Shown: positions 39,301 to 50,200 of the stretch, piece by piece
Position numbering within the stretch: the stretch's first letter is position 1
Layout: each line of letters starts with the position of its first letter
Origin: a virus
Lineage: Duplodnaviria; Caudoviricetes
Strand: one strand, 5' to 3'
Length of the DNA: 54,344 bases
Virus record (IMG/VR): IMGVR_UViG_3300023184_000163
Span: 1-54,344 of that record
Made by a program: the position numbers and the translations under genes
The notes under the pieces: model-generated
What the model was told of the DNA's origin: nothing
Databases searched by the model: none
Seen by the model: only the letters and a program-made list of their open reading frames with translations

Positions 39301-42300
39301 ATCATAATCAGATAAGATAGTACTTTTTATAATAACTTCTTCAGTAACACCTTCTTCATTTGTTTGTTTTTTAACATCATCTTGTAACCAGCTATATAAA
39401 AAAGGTTTATTATTTTTTATTTGATTATTTAATTCTTCAGCTTTTTTAGTTACTCTATCTGCTACAGCACCATCAATTTTTCTTTCAATTAATTCTCCAT
39501 CTTCATTTAAAACTTTTTCAATTTCAGATTGTCTATTTGTTATTGTATCATTGAATATTTGTAATGCAGTATCAAATGGAGTTGTATCTTGTTGAAGTCC
39601 CTGGTTTCTTAAAAAATTAATAACTCTATCTAATTCTATTAAATCATCTGCAAGATTTGCTGCTTGTTTATCAGTTAACTTTTCTTTTTTATCTAATATA
39701 TTTTGATAAGCATTTCTTATATCAGTAAGAGGTTGAATTTTACTTGTTATTTTAATTTCATAACCTTTTTGTATTTTAATATATTTAAATTTAGGAGCTT
39801 TAAATTGTCTTTTTTCAGCTTCTTCAATAAGTTTTTGAGCAGCTTTAGATGCATTAAACTCTGTAATAACTTTTTCTTGTGTTTCTAACCAGTTATTTCT
39901 TATAAGTTCATACTTATCATCATTAACATCTGTACCTATTTCTGAATTAAATTTATCATTTAAAATATTATATAACTCTTTTGATTGTTTTTCAATTTCA
40001 CTCCATGTTGCTGATACTGAAACATCATTATCTTCATCTTCTTTTGAAACACCTTTTTTAGTAAATTCAGTTTTTAAATTTGTAATGTGTGAGTCATATC
40101 TTAAATTAATTTCATTTATTACTTTTTGATAATCAGCCCATGATCTAGTTTTTTTAATTATCTCAACAGGTTCAATTTCAGTAACAATTTCAGTAGTTGT
40201 TCTTAATCTTTCTTTTTCATTATTTAATAATTCAGCTATACCAACTAAATCAAATGCAGTTTGTGAACGTTGACCTTTATCAAATGTTTTTTCATAAGAA
40301 TCAAAAATAGGTTTTATTACTTCTACTAATTTTTTCTTATCATTCTCATTTTTGTATTGTATATCTTCTAATAACTCATTACTAAAATATTCTTTTGGTA
40401 TTGTTGTATTTTTTAAAAAATTACTAATACGGGATTGAATTAAAGCAGGGTCATCAGAAATAAGACTTTCAAGAAAAGTATCTATTTCAGCAATCTTTCT
40501 ATCTATTCTAAGTTGTGAAATTGGTTGTGTAACTTCTCTTCCTTTTTCTTCTTGTTCAACTAATTCATCATATGAAAAATCTGTTTCATCTTTTATATCT
40601 CTTTTAAAATTTTCATCAGCTGTATCAAGTTCTTTTTGTTTTTGTTGTAATAAATCTTCTAAAGCTTCTTCAAATTGTCCTTCTACATTTACTTGTTCTC
40701 CAGCAGCAGGTTCTCTTTGCATATCAGCTGTGTTTGTAAAAATATATGCATATTTATCATAGGCTATACTTCCTTTAGGAATTATTCTTTCATTTCCCTC
40801 AGTAGCTTCAATAAAATAATCAGGTAAATTATTAGGGTTTTCAACCCAATTTGCAAAGTCATCAAGATCTACATAAATATTTTGATCAGATAATGATTTT
40901 AATAAATCATTATTTTCTTTTGCAATTATAGATTTGTTAATTATTTCTTTGTAATAATTTTTTCTATTTAAATAAAGATTACGCATCCATTCAAAGTTTC
41001 TTTCTACATGTTCATAAAATGAAGCAGGTTGTGAAAGTAAATTAATGTATGGCACTAGTATTTGTGATTCTAATTTTAATTGTTCAGCATCAATAAGATA
41101 ACTAAATAAAGAATCTATACCACCTTCTTTTTTATTTAAATCATTTAATACTTTTTGATAATTAACATCTGATCCAGCTAAAGTTTTAAGTAAATTTTCA
41201 AAAGCATCTTTTAATATTTTTTTTGGTTCTACACCTGTTTCTTCAACTGTTTTTTTTAATCCTTCAATTTCTTTATTAATCTCTTCTTTATTTGGAAGAT
41301 TTTCAGTATTAACTTTATCTTGTAATTCATTTAATGATTCAATATTATTAGAAATAGTTTCTTTATATAATATTTGTTTTTGATTAAAAAGACTTAATGC
41401 AGATAGCATTTTTTCTTTTTCAAGAGCAGTTCTATTTGATTCAGGTGTGTTAATATTTTTTAAATTTTCAATTTCAGTAGATAACATATCTATTGTATTT
41501 GACAATTTATTTGAATCTATTAATGTTTGAAAATCATTAGAAGGTAAATTTTTAAAAAGTTCACTTCTATTTAAAGTATTTACAATTTTGTTTACTCTTT
41601 CTAAATTGTTTTGAAAAGATTCATTTAAAAAAATTAAATTAAAAATTCCTTTATCAAGTGCCTTATTATATATGGCTGCTTTATCATATTCTGGAGTATT
41701 TTCTTTTAAGTCTTTTAAATTTATTTTTTTTGTTCCAAATGTATTTTGAGCATAAGTCCATTGTTCTTGAATATTTTTTGATTTTTTTAAATAATCAGTT
41801 AACATTGTTCTTGTTTTTGCTCCTTCACCTTTTTTAATGTCAAGAGTTTCTTCTAATTCAGTATCACTAAGAGATAAATACTTTTTAAAATTATTATTAA
41901 GTATATTATGTGTTCCAGCTTGTAATGTAGTTAAAGTGTTTGACAAAAAAGAAGCTTCTACATTATCAAATTTTTGTTTTGTTGAATCTTCTTGATCATC
42001 ATTTCTAGAAATAATACTTTGACTACCATAATTATGCATTCTTTCATTTAAAAATTCAACAGGATTTTGATGACTTTCAGTCATAACTTTTGCTAAATTA
42101 GTTGCATAGTTTTTTCTTTCTTCCATATAAGTTTTATACATTTCCGGATCCATATTATATTTATTATATAATATAGATGCAGTTCTTGGAACACCACCAC
42201 TAAAAGGTCTTAATAAACCCCCCATTAAAAAACCTGACATAAAAGTTTCAGCACCTTGTCCACTTATTTGTGAACCAAAAGCTGAATCTAAAGTAGACAT

Positions 42301-43905
42301 GGAATATTTATAATTTGCTAATGAAGGATCAAAAAAAGAATTAACATAATAGTCTTCAGTTGCTTTTGCAATTACATCTTGCATAACTTCTTGAGCACCT
42401 TCAACAACATTTACTTTAAAATAATTAATTGAAGCTTTAGCAAAATTTGCAGGTTTAAAAAAACCTTTTAATGCATTTTTTGCATTAAATTCTACTACAT
42501 CATAAGCACCTTCTTTAACACCTTTTTTTCCAGCTTCATAAACTATATCAAATTCTTTTCCAACTTGACGAACTTTTCTAGAAGCTCCTGCCATAAAGTT
42601 TCCTTCAACTAAATTTTTAAATGCTATTTTATTTGAATAAAAAACTAAAAGACCATTTTTCCATGTATCTCTAAAACCAGCAACTTTTGATACTTTTCTC
42701 ATTTCAAGTTGTTCATCATCTGTTGGTGCTCTATTTTTTTCTACCCAAAATTTATCATAAAGTTTATTATAGGTATTGTTTTCAACAAAGCCACCTTCAA
42801 GTCTACCTTCTGATAAAGCCATGTTCATTCCAATTACATCTCTAAATAATCCACCAGCAGTTTTTGCAGTTCTTGCAAAATTGGATAAATTATCATTATT
42901 TGTAAAAGATTTTAATCCTTGTGTAGTATTGTTTAATGGGTTTATAAAATTTACAGTAGTTCTAGAAGCAGTATTAAATAATCTTTTGGCATCATTAAAT
43001 TTTTCTAAATTTTTTAAATTAGTAAGCATTTTACCACCATATTTACCCATATTCCAAAGTGATTTTGGAACTGATAATAAACTTTTAATTGCACCTGCAG
43101 CACCACCAACAGCACCACCAATAACTGTTCCTTCTGGTCCAACTAATGAACCTTCTATAGCTCCAATTGTAGCATATTCTAATGCAGCTTCAGACATTAT
43201 ACCTACTGAATAAGCTGCACTATTAAGAACATTATTTACAAAGCCAGGAATTCCACCTTTAGTAGACATACCAATAGAAGAATATTCTTCATATGACTTT
43301 GCTTCTTCAACATCTTGTCCAAAGTCTCCAGCAAAAGCTTTTGCATAACTTTTTGGATTTGCAAATAAACCTTGAAAAAACATAGGTGCTGCAGCTTGAG
43401 TTCCCATTCTAACAAAGTCATCAAATATAGTTGTGTTAGCATTAAAGACTTCTTCATTATTTAGTTCTGGATTAAATCCAATTTTATCAAATGTTTTTTG
43501 TCCGTATGCTTTATATCTTGCTTTATGTGCACCAGTACTAGAAGCATCATACATAAAAGATTTTGCATATTGACTATTATCTTCATGTTGATATGCTTCC
43601 TGTTGTCTTCTATTAACTAATGCTTTTAGTTTATCTTTAGTATTAGTAGCAATTTGTTTTTTATCATAAGGTGGAAAACCAATTACATTATCTCTAATAC
43701 TCTGTTGTTTAATTGTTGGAGTACTTTCTGGACTAATATTACTTTTTACTTTAACAGGAAGAGCTTCTGGTTTTACAGCAAACTTAAAAGACTCAGTTTG
43801 AAAATCTTTATTACCAAAAGGTAAAAAATTTTCTATATCTGTAGTTCCTGGATTAATAAATTGACCCATTTTAGTAATGTCTGCTGAAATATTTTCTTCT
43901 GCCAT
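36349..43905 (-). CDS. Giant virion/ejection protein (2518 aa) with Gly-rich hydrophobic segments and an internal PD-(D/E)xK domain
   Basis: GSLVGPEGTVIGGAVGGAAGA; EGAQEVMQ...SGFLMGGLL; GNMLD...VGETDLIAI...IIDVK...QQSIY; adjacent to the RNAP gene. Confidence 0.8.
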   Translation of the reverse strand: MAEENISADITKMGQFINPGTTDIENFLPFGNKDFQTESFKFAVKPEALPVKVKSNISPESTPTIKQQSIRDNVIGFPPYDKKQIATNTKDKLKALVNRRQQEAYQHEDNSQYAKSFMYDASSTGAHKARYKAYGQKTFDKIGFNPELNNEEVFNANTTIFDDFVRMGTQAAAPMFFQGLFANPKSYAKAFAGDFGQDVEEAKSYEEYSSIGMSTKGGIPGFVNNVLNSAAYSVGIMSEAALEYATIGAIEGSLVGPEGTVIGGAVGGAAGAIKSLLSVPKSLWNMGKYGGKMLTNLKNLEKFNDAKRLFNTASRTTVNFINPLNNTTQGLKSFTNNDNLSNFARTAKTAGGLFRDVIGMNMALSEGRLEGGFVENNTYNKLYDKFWVEKNRAPTDDEQLEMRKVSKVAGFRDTWKNGLLVFYSNKIAFKNLVEGNFMAGASRKVRQVGKEFDIVYEAGKKGVKEGAYDVVEFNAKNALKGFFKPANFAKASINYFKVNVVEGAQEVMQDVIAKATEDYYVNSFFDPSLANYKYSMSTLDSAFGSQISGQGAETFMSGFLMGGLLRPFSGGVPRTASILYNKYNMDPEMYKTYMEERKNYATNLAKVMTESHQNPVEFLNERMHNYGSQSIISRNDDQEDSTKQKFDNVEASFLSNTLTTLQAGTHNILNNNFKKYLSLSDTELEETLDIKKGEGAKTRTMLTDYLKKSKNIQEQWTYAQNTFGTKKINLKDLKENTPEYDKAAIYNKALDKGIFNLIFLNESFQNNLERVNKIVNTLNRSELFKNLPSNDFQTLIDSNKLSNTIDMLSTEIENLKNINTPESNRTALEKEKMLSALSLFNQKQILYKETISNNIESLNELQDKVNTENLPNKEEINKEIEGLKKTVEETGVEPKKILKDAFENLLKTLAGSDVNYQKVLNDLNKKEGGIDSLFSYLIDAEQLKLESQILVPYINLLSQPASFYEHVERNFEWMRNLYLNRKNYYKEIINKSIIAKENNDLLKSLSDQNIYVDLDDFANWVENPNNLPDYFIEATEGNERIIPKGSIAYDKYAYIFTNTADMQREPAAGEQVNVEGQFEEALEDLLQQKQKELDTADENFKRDIKDETDFSYDELVEQEEKGREVTQPISQLRIDRKIAEIDTFLESLISDDPALIQSRISNFLKNTTIPKEYFSNELLEDIQYKNENDKKKLVEVIKPIFDSYEKTFDKGQRSQTAFDLVGIAELLNNEKERLRTTTEIVTEIEPVEIIKKTRSWADYQKVINEINLRYDSHITNLKTEFTKKGVSKEDEDNDVSVSATWSEIEKQSKELYNILNDKFNSEIGTDVNDDKYELIRNNWLETQEKVITEFNASKAAQKLIEEAEKRQFKAPKFKYIKIQKGYEIKITSKIQPLTDIRNAYQNILDKKEKLTDKQAANLADDLIELDRVINFLRNQGLQQDTTPFDTALQIFNDTITNRQSEIEKVLNEDGELIERKIDGAVADRVTKKAEELNNQIKNNKPFLYSWLQDDVKKQTNEEGVTEEVIIKSTILSDYDAIMADASIKDEDKLDIFIQAFKLKVLNSAKSNVFRSKDSLTLNPIKFEKIEKELTKDFSRENVIAVIQRAAYQEAADVGNMLDVLIKDFLTREGLQFKKIVKPEKMSQSAFDSLFGNHGIITNFRDGVIDGKYMIVSASDMLFDKSLFENGLVGETDLIAISAEGKFSIIDVKALLGKSWKSIIAENNLEKLKTKLNNEGKTEAEINSNADVIKLTDTSKYSKKLYFRIQQSIYRNLFYNMTGIMPERISLLPIEVNYDREGNLLSAKLSDIVSDSDLTTYELDYFNEVESIVPLKTPVISDVDTIETTDELVEEIGASTSLKDNIGKKVLYNGEIGTLIFNDNGTFSIQIDPIKTYETKTTVSEDLTKQDFTADQDTLKIAINTLKENLKTEEGEFGNVDKANNIKQQIVDLEKQLTSTTDTKADIVEVPTKSKIIDLYYESIAVTNPKLSLNNVGLSQVKTTKKVFETIIINNVSYTTRILNKNTVLINDVLYRVNYSGTDPNIIASLTYDVNDAEIAKLEKEENTILNTIQQLQKENKSFTTSTDEPSEKFNSNVNTIGKLTMDLKGIRQTLKELSNNNPQRTMRGGNINDYIFAINSSPQNFKLYAGKTNDDRKKDLEEISRLSYSPGLAIKLDEILAKNYPDALNKLFDEGVPSITDSELKAIKTWSNTVLEDLTELASQVTTRGNISTDVDNQIIAINNLINDLQLITLTKNGKISKRSQEESGKVFGQQAVSDRTSVPENEKSRSRKTKGVSGQKTRNVTNAEAKQRITETLVSNSFLLGNIPTEKENVIETTKKGKKFIDAINKATIDTIRTKYIEALTQIETDPLSINTDELHDVYNNRLNNLNVDMSIENLDVNMLLLPKNTIFDNTNINPVKVTNVTETYVTVEDVITGEKGDINQTDLKLNFIKMNEEAAELENDTELTKEDIQNAEDSQMIYDEFSKDTDAQSKIVDYLENNNVSEDDLLKSFNNNTKIC

Positions 43906-43919
43906 TTTAAAATATTAAA

Positions 43920-46900
43920 TTATTCAAAAGGATTATTAGGTGACACACCTGGAACTTTTGAATTTGAATACAAAGCATTCCATGTTTCTGCATTATCTTT
44001 AGCTATAATTCTAAAATCTTGAAGTATATCATCATATGCATTATCAATTTTCATATTAATAGGTGGATAAACTCCACCTGCTCTTTCCATTTTACCAGTT
44101 ACAGGATTTAAAATATTATAATTAAACTCTACTGTATAAGGAGCAAGACTATTAATTGTACCTTTACTTATTTTTAAATCTCCTGCACCAAGAGCATCTG
44201 TATAATTATATTCATCTAAAGATTCTACAATAGATTCTAAACCAGTTCTTTGATTTCTTGTAAATAAAGAATTTTTCCAATTATTAGTATTTGACATCAT
44301 AGTAACACCATTTTTTAAAATAGCATTAGCAATTTCTTGTGTTATAATACCACCATCTTTAGCAGCTTTAAGTTCATCTAAAACATCTTTAGTAGGATAA
44401 ATAACCATTGCTCCTACATTTTTATTTTCAAGAGCAATTTGACCACTAGCTAATCTAAAGTTTTTTGTTTTATCATCACCTAATTTAGAATAATAATTAC
44501 CTATAATTAATTCTGCAATTTTTACAACATCATCGGAACCAGACTCAAATGCATCTTTTGTATCATTAAGTCCAGTTTTATTTGCTCCATAAAAACTAAT
44601 TGGATTATTAGTTTGATCATAAAAATTTATCTTAGATACATCTTTTTGAAATTCATTAAAAGATTTAAAACCTTGACTTTGAATAGCATTTACACTTACA
44701 TTTATAGCATTTAAATTTGTATTATACATAGCATTTCCTTTTCCATCTTTATTAAATAAAGGTGATAAAGATTTAATTTCTCTTCCGTTTTGTATAATTT
44801 CTGTATAAGAATTTGTTAAACTTCCATATAAAGATCTTAAAGCAGATTCTGGCCCACTTAAAGCAAATTTTCCAGTAAGATATGAACTTTTAATATTTGA
44901 AACTTCTCTACCTGTTAAATTTGGATATTCTTGAGTACCAATTGCACTACCAGCACCAGGTGTTGCATTATTATTTGCTTTTGTAAGAATGTTATCTAAT
45001 TCAATTTTTTCATTTTTAGTTAAAGAACCTATAGCTTGGGTTTTCCTACCATAATTATCATTATTATTTAAAGTTCTAACAGAACTTTTATATATGCTCA
45101 TAGCTTTAGCAATAAATTCTTCTTCACTAACTTTTGATAAATCACTGTTTAAGAAAAGATCTGTAATATCTTTTCTTTTACTAGGATCAATTCCACTTAT
45201 TTCAGTAGAAGATCTTAAAGTTTTTAATACAGCATCTCTATTAGATTTTTCTATATACTCATTTCCTTCTATAAAATGCATATAATTTCTCATTTTTATA
45301 TGAGAACCATCATTTAAATAATTATATGCTACCTTATCAGGATTTCCTTTTTGATCATTAGCAAATTCTAATACTCTATTGTATACTCCTTGTACATATT
45401 TAGCACCCTTACCTTGTAAAAAAGTTAAAGGATTATTATTATATTCTTTAGTAAAATTTTCTCTAGTAGTTGCAGTAGCATCATCTATTTTTTCCATTAT
45501 AGATTGATATGCAGGTTTTGCACGGTTAATTCTACCTTGTTTTGAATTACTTCGGTCAAGACTTTTTATAAGTGTTCCCATATTAGTAATTTTTCCACTT
45601 GGATGAAAAATTGAATTTGCTTGTTCATGAGTTAAATCTCCATTTTTTTCAGCTGTTCTAACAAAATGCAACATACCTTCAAAAGATGGTATTACTTCAT
45701 CTGATAATTTTTTTTCTATATTTTTATTTTCTGCTAATATAGATTGTCCCATATCACCAGCACCACCTTTTGTATTTGCACCTGGTATATTAAATGGTTC
45801 ATTATTTGCAGGATTTGGAATACCTACAAAACTACCTGTAAATTTACCAGTTTCTGGATCTATCTCTGGTTCAATTCCAATGTATGAACCATTTTTAACA
45901 CCTTGTTCAAGCATTACTTTTTTTACATCAGCAAGTATTTTTTTATCAAGCATTTTTTCTTGATGCTGTTGTTGATTTTTTTGTCTAGCTCTTGCATAAG
46001 CATCATTTTGTGCTGAAACACCATAAGCATCTGGAGACATGTCTTCAACTATTCCAATTCTAGAATATTTATATGCAGCTAAATTAATATCTTTTTCAGC
46101 TAACATAGCAGCAGTACCAGCATCAACTTGAGCTCTAAATAAAGGAATATTATTTAAGGGATCAGGAGTTGATCCTGTTGTTGTTGCTGTTTTACTTGTT
46201 TTATTTGTTATCTCATCATTTAATTTACCTGTATAAGATTCATTTGCTGTAGCAACAGCTATGGCTTCTTCTAAACTTCTAAAATAACCTGGAGTAAATT
46301 GATTTCCTTTACCAGTTTCAAGATTTTTCTTTCCTTCTTCAACTTTTATATCTAACTTTTTAACTTCTTCTACATTTCCTTGGTGTTTTAATTTAATATA
46401 TTCTTGAATTGTAGCATATTGTTTTGTAAGATAACTTCTTTCAGTTGCAACTAAATCACCATTAAATTCTGAAGCATGTTCTTTAATATGTTTTTTTCTA
46501 TTTACATAAGCTTCAGCTCTATGAACTGCTTGTAATGCAGGATCTGATGCATAATCAGCTGCAAAAATATTTTGTAAAGATGGAATAATCATATCTCCAT
46601 TTTTCTTTCTTATAAAATATCTTCCATCTGATTTAGTAATATCTGCACTTATCCCTAATTTTTTAGCATTTTCTACATAAGTATCAACAGGATTTTTATA
46701 AGGAGTATATTCTACATTTGCAAATTGTAATGATTCATCATCAGTACTATTTTTAAACTCATCTTTTTCAAACATCATTTTTTCAATACCTGTTGACCAA
46801 AAAGTATTTTTTAATTTTGGGTCTAAAGATTTATCTAAAGCCATAGCTGCATTATACTTATTACCAAAATCTTTAGTATAAGCCATGTCTTTCATTAAAT

Positions 46901-47210
46901 AATTATCTTTATAAAATGGAGAAAAAATTTGAGCAGCTTGATCAACATTACTTTGTATAGATAAATCTAATGCAGATACTCTTTTTAAATTAAAATCAAT
47001 TTGTTTTAAATATTCTTCCTTTTTTTTAATATTTGGTTCTCTGGTTAAATCTGCATAAAGATATTTACCATACAGATTATTTAATGATTTAAAGTTAGAA
47101 TCATATTGATTTTGTTTTGTTTGCAAATAATTTCCAATAAAATTTAAATCAGGCTGAAAAGGCTGATAATCTGGAATGTAATCTGTAACACCTTGTATGT
47201 ACGTTGCCAT
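43920..47210 (-). CDS. Probable virion cargo/ejection protein (1096 aa)
   Basis: Starts MATYIQGVTDYIPDYQPFQPDLNF, coiled-coil rich, no Cys seen, first gene of the giant-protein operon. Function is inferred from context. Confidence 0.65.
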   Translation of the reverse strand: MATYIQGVTDYIPDYQPFQPDLNFIGNYLQTKQNQYDSNFKSLNNLYGKYLYADLTREPNIKKKEEYLKQIDFNLKRVSALDLSIQSNVDQAAQIFSPFYKDNYLMKDMAYTKDFGNKYNAAMALDKSLDPKLKNTFWSTGIEKMMFEKDEFKNSTDDESLQFANVEYTPYKNPVDTYVENAKKLGISADITKSDGRYFIRKKNGDMIIPSLQNIFAADYASDPALQAVHRAEAYVNRKKHIKEHASEFNGDLVATERSYLTKQYATIQEYIKLKHQGNVEEVKKLDIKVEEGKKNLETGKGNQFTPGYFRSLEEAIAVATANESYTGKLNDEITNKTSKTATTTGSTPDPLNNIPLFRAQVDAGTAAMLAEKDINLAAYKYSRIGIVEDMSPDAYGVSAQNDAYARARQKNQQQHQEKMLDKKILADVKKVMLEQGVKNGSYIGIEPEIDPETGKFTGSFVGIPNPANNEPFNIPGANTKGGAGDMGQSILAENKNIEKKLSDEVIPSFEGMLHFVRTAEKNGDLTHEQANSIFHPSGKITNMGTLIKSLDRSNSKQGRINRAKPAYQSIMEKIDDATATTRENFTKEYNNNPLTFLQGKGAKYVQGVYNRVLEFANDQKGNPDKVAYNYLNDGSHIKMRNYMHFIEGNEYIEKSNRDAVLKTLRSSTEISGIDPSKRKDITDLFLNSDLSKVSEEEFIAKAMSIYKSSVRTLNNNDNYGRKTQAIGSLTKNEKIELDNILTKANNNATPGAGSAIGTQEYPNLTGREVSNIKSSYLTGKFALSGPESALRSLYGSLTNSYTEIIQNGREIKSLSPLFNKDGKGNAMYNTNLNAINVSVNAIQSQGFKSFNEFQKDVSKINFYDQTNNPISFYGANKTGLNDTKDAFESGSDDVVKIAELIIGNYYSKLGDDKTKNFRLASGQIALENKNVGAMVIYPTKDVLDELKAAKDGGIITQEIANAILKNGVTMMSNTNNWKNSLFTRNQRTGLESIVESLDEYNYTDALGAGDLKISKGTINSLAPYTVEFNYNILNPVTGKMERAGGVYPPINMKIDNAYDDILQDFRIIAKDNAETWNALYSNSKVPGVSPNNPFE

Positions 47211-47228
47211 AAGTAATTATATATTGTA

Positions 47229-47261
47229 AATATATTAAAATATTATAAGTTTAATAAACTT
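47229..47261 (-). promoter_or_regulatory. Candidate phage promoter motif AAGTTTATT-N13-TTTARTATATT (copy 1)
   Basis: Intergenic, ending 18 nt upstream of the ATG at 47210. The same motif and spacing occur at 53773-53805. Confidence 0.55.
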
Positions 47262-47275
47262 TGAAAATTTATCAA

Positions 47276-50200
47276 TTAATAATCAGGATAAACATTATAA
47301 ATAAAACCACCATATTTAAATTGTTTTACTGGTTGTTGTCCACCATATTGTGCAGATCCAGGATATGAATTTATTAAACCACCTTGTGTTGTACTTGTAT
47401 TTCCTGACATACTAGTTTTTTGTTTTATACAAGCATTTAATTCAGCAGGAGTTCCTGATGGAAAAGAAGCTTGACATTCTTTAAGATAAACATCATAATC
47501 ATCTGATGTTACTGTACCAGTAAGTTGTTTTCCATTATTTATAAAATCAGGCATACCACCTTCTTCAGGTCTTACTCTATTATTTGGATATAATCTATTT
47601 AACATAGCTGTATTAGCTTTATTAGTTATAGCATTAGTATACTGTTTTCTTAGATTACCTCTTAATGCTAATTTAGCATTATCAAATTGTTGATTTGCAA
47701 TTGTATTTTTATCATAAGTATTAGTAGCTATTTGTTGATTAGCCATAGACTCTTGATTTCTTATATTAACTTGTTTATCTTCAAATTGATTTGCTATGTT
47801 TACATTCTGATTATTTATATTACTTAATGTATTTGCTGCTTGTGCAGCAGCATTTCCTTGAGTTGCTGCATTTCTTGCACCTAATCCTTGAGCACCTGCA
47901 AAAGATGCAGAAGCTTGAGAAGCAATATTAGCTTGTTCAGATTGTGCAGCAAGTTCTCTTGTAGGATCTAAAAATGTAGGTCTTGGTTCTTCAAGATCAA
48001 CTCTTGCAGCCCATGGCAAATATTTTTTAATACTTGCTAAGTCTGACGCAGCTCCCATAACATTTATATTATCTTGAAGCCACCATTTATCATCTTGTTC
48101 TGGAGTACATGAACATGTACCATCTTCATTTGGTTCTCGATAACCAGCTTTAGAATCATCAATACATTGACATTCATTATTTGGTTTATTAGGAGTTTCA
48201 GAACATGGTATACATGGATCATTATTTGCACTAGTAGGTTTAGAAGCATCATAATTAGGATTTTCTTTTCCTGGTACTTCTTTTCCATCAACTGTACAAG
48301 AACAAGATGTTTTACCAGGAATTTCATCTTCTGTAAAAGTAGTATTTACTTTATTTGCATTTTGTCCAGAAGATGTGTTAGTTAAATAACCTTCAGCAGG
48401 ACTAATAGAACTAGTACTACCTAATTTTTCATCATTGTATCCTCTTTCTAAATTGCCTTGCCATTCATTTAATAAATACTTTTCATCTGGTGTTAATTTA
48501 CCTGCATCTCGTTTTTTAATTAAATTATCATAACCAATAAAAGTTGCTTGTTGTAACCTTGCTTTTTTGTTTGCAGGAGAATTTCCTGAATTAACAGCAG
48601 TCATTGGTAAACCTATATTTTCAAATGCTTTATCTAGTGTAGGAGCATTTGTTGACATATCTTTATATTTATTTTCAATTTCTGCATCTGTATACATTCT
48701 TGATCCATCTTGTTTTTTTATACCTTGCATTAATTCTACAAAACCTAAATTATCACCTGAACCAGTACCATTTTTTTTTCTTAACTTACCATTTGCATCA
48801 TTATATAAAAAAGCTTCATTTCCTGATGCATTTAATTTTAAATTTCTTTCTTGAAAATTTAAAAATTCTTTAACAATTTCATCATCTTTTAAATCATCAG
48901 GATTTCCATAACCTGCTTCATCCCATGTAGTATTATATCTATTTCCTGGACCTTTTTTTCTATAACTTTCTTTATCTTTTATAGCTTCTCTTGTAGCATT
49001 TGCAAATAATTTTGCAGTAACTGGATCTGCTAATGATTCTTGCATAGAAGCAAATCTAGATGCAGATGCTTTATCATTATTCCAATTTTCCATACTACCA
49101 CTATAACCTGAACCATCATCAAGTTTTGCAGATATTGTAGAATATTTTCCATTTGTACCTAATGAATAAACTTTTTTACCACTAGTTTTATTATCATAAA
49201 TAGCTCTTTTTACAGCTTTTTTATAATCAGCATCTGTTTGATAATCAGCTCTTTTTATAATCACACCTTCTGGTGGTTGACCACCATCTTGAAATTTTAA
49301 AACAGTAACATGATTTTTATTAAATTTCTTTTGTCCACCAAAAGCCATTTCATATGAATCATCATAAAATGGCATATCATAACCACCCATTTCCATACCA
49401 TAAGCTGCCATAGGAGCTTGTTGCATCTGTCTTGGATCTTGTTGTTGCATAGCCATCATATCTTCCTCAGACATTGCTTGTTGCTGTCTTGGATCCATTT
49501 GTTGTGCTTGATCATTTTCAACATTTTGTATAAGACTCATTAATAATTCTTTTACTTGTTGTTGAGGCATTCCTAATTCAACAAAAATTTGTTCAATTAA
49601 ATTTGGAGGTATTTGTGCTTTTAATAATTGTGTAACTACTTCTTCAGGAGCAGCTCCTTGGTTTATTGCTTGTTCAACACTTTGTTCAATTTGTTGAATT
49701 TTTTGTTCATCAATTTGAGGTTGTTCTTGCATCATACCTTTATTTTGACCAGACATTTGTTGTTGAGCTTGTTGTTGAGCTTGTTGTTGTTGTAATGCCA
49801 TCATTTCTTCTTCTGACATTTGTTGTATACCTTCTTGAGCTCTTCTTAATCTTCTCATTCCACCATATCTCATCATTTCTTCAGGACTTGCAAATTTTTC
49901 TTCTTGTCCCATATTTGATTCTTCAGGCACAACATTGTTTTCAGTTAATGTATTATCATTAGCTACTTGATCACTTGTAGGATCTTCTTCTTCTTCTTCA
50001 ATAGTTGGTCTTTCTAATTGTTCTTGAGACATAGGCTCAGGTAAATTAGGAGGTAATATTTCTTCAGGATCAATTCCCATTATTTCCATATATGCTTCAG
50101 CTACTGTAGGAATACCTTGTGGAAAACCTTTTTTAGATTCTTGAGCTAAAGCTAAGGCACCTAGTTTTAAATTATAATTTTTAATCATTAACTCAGCCGT

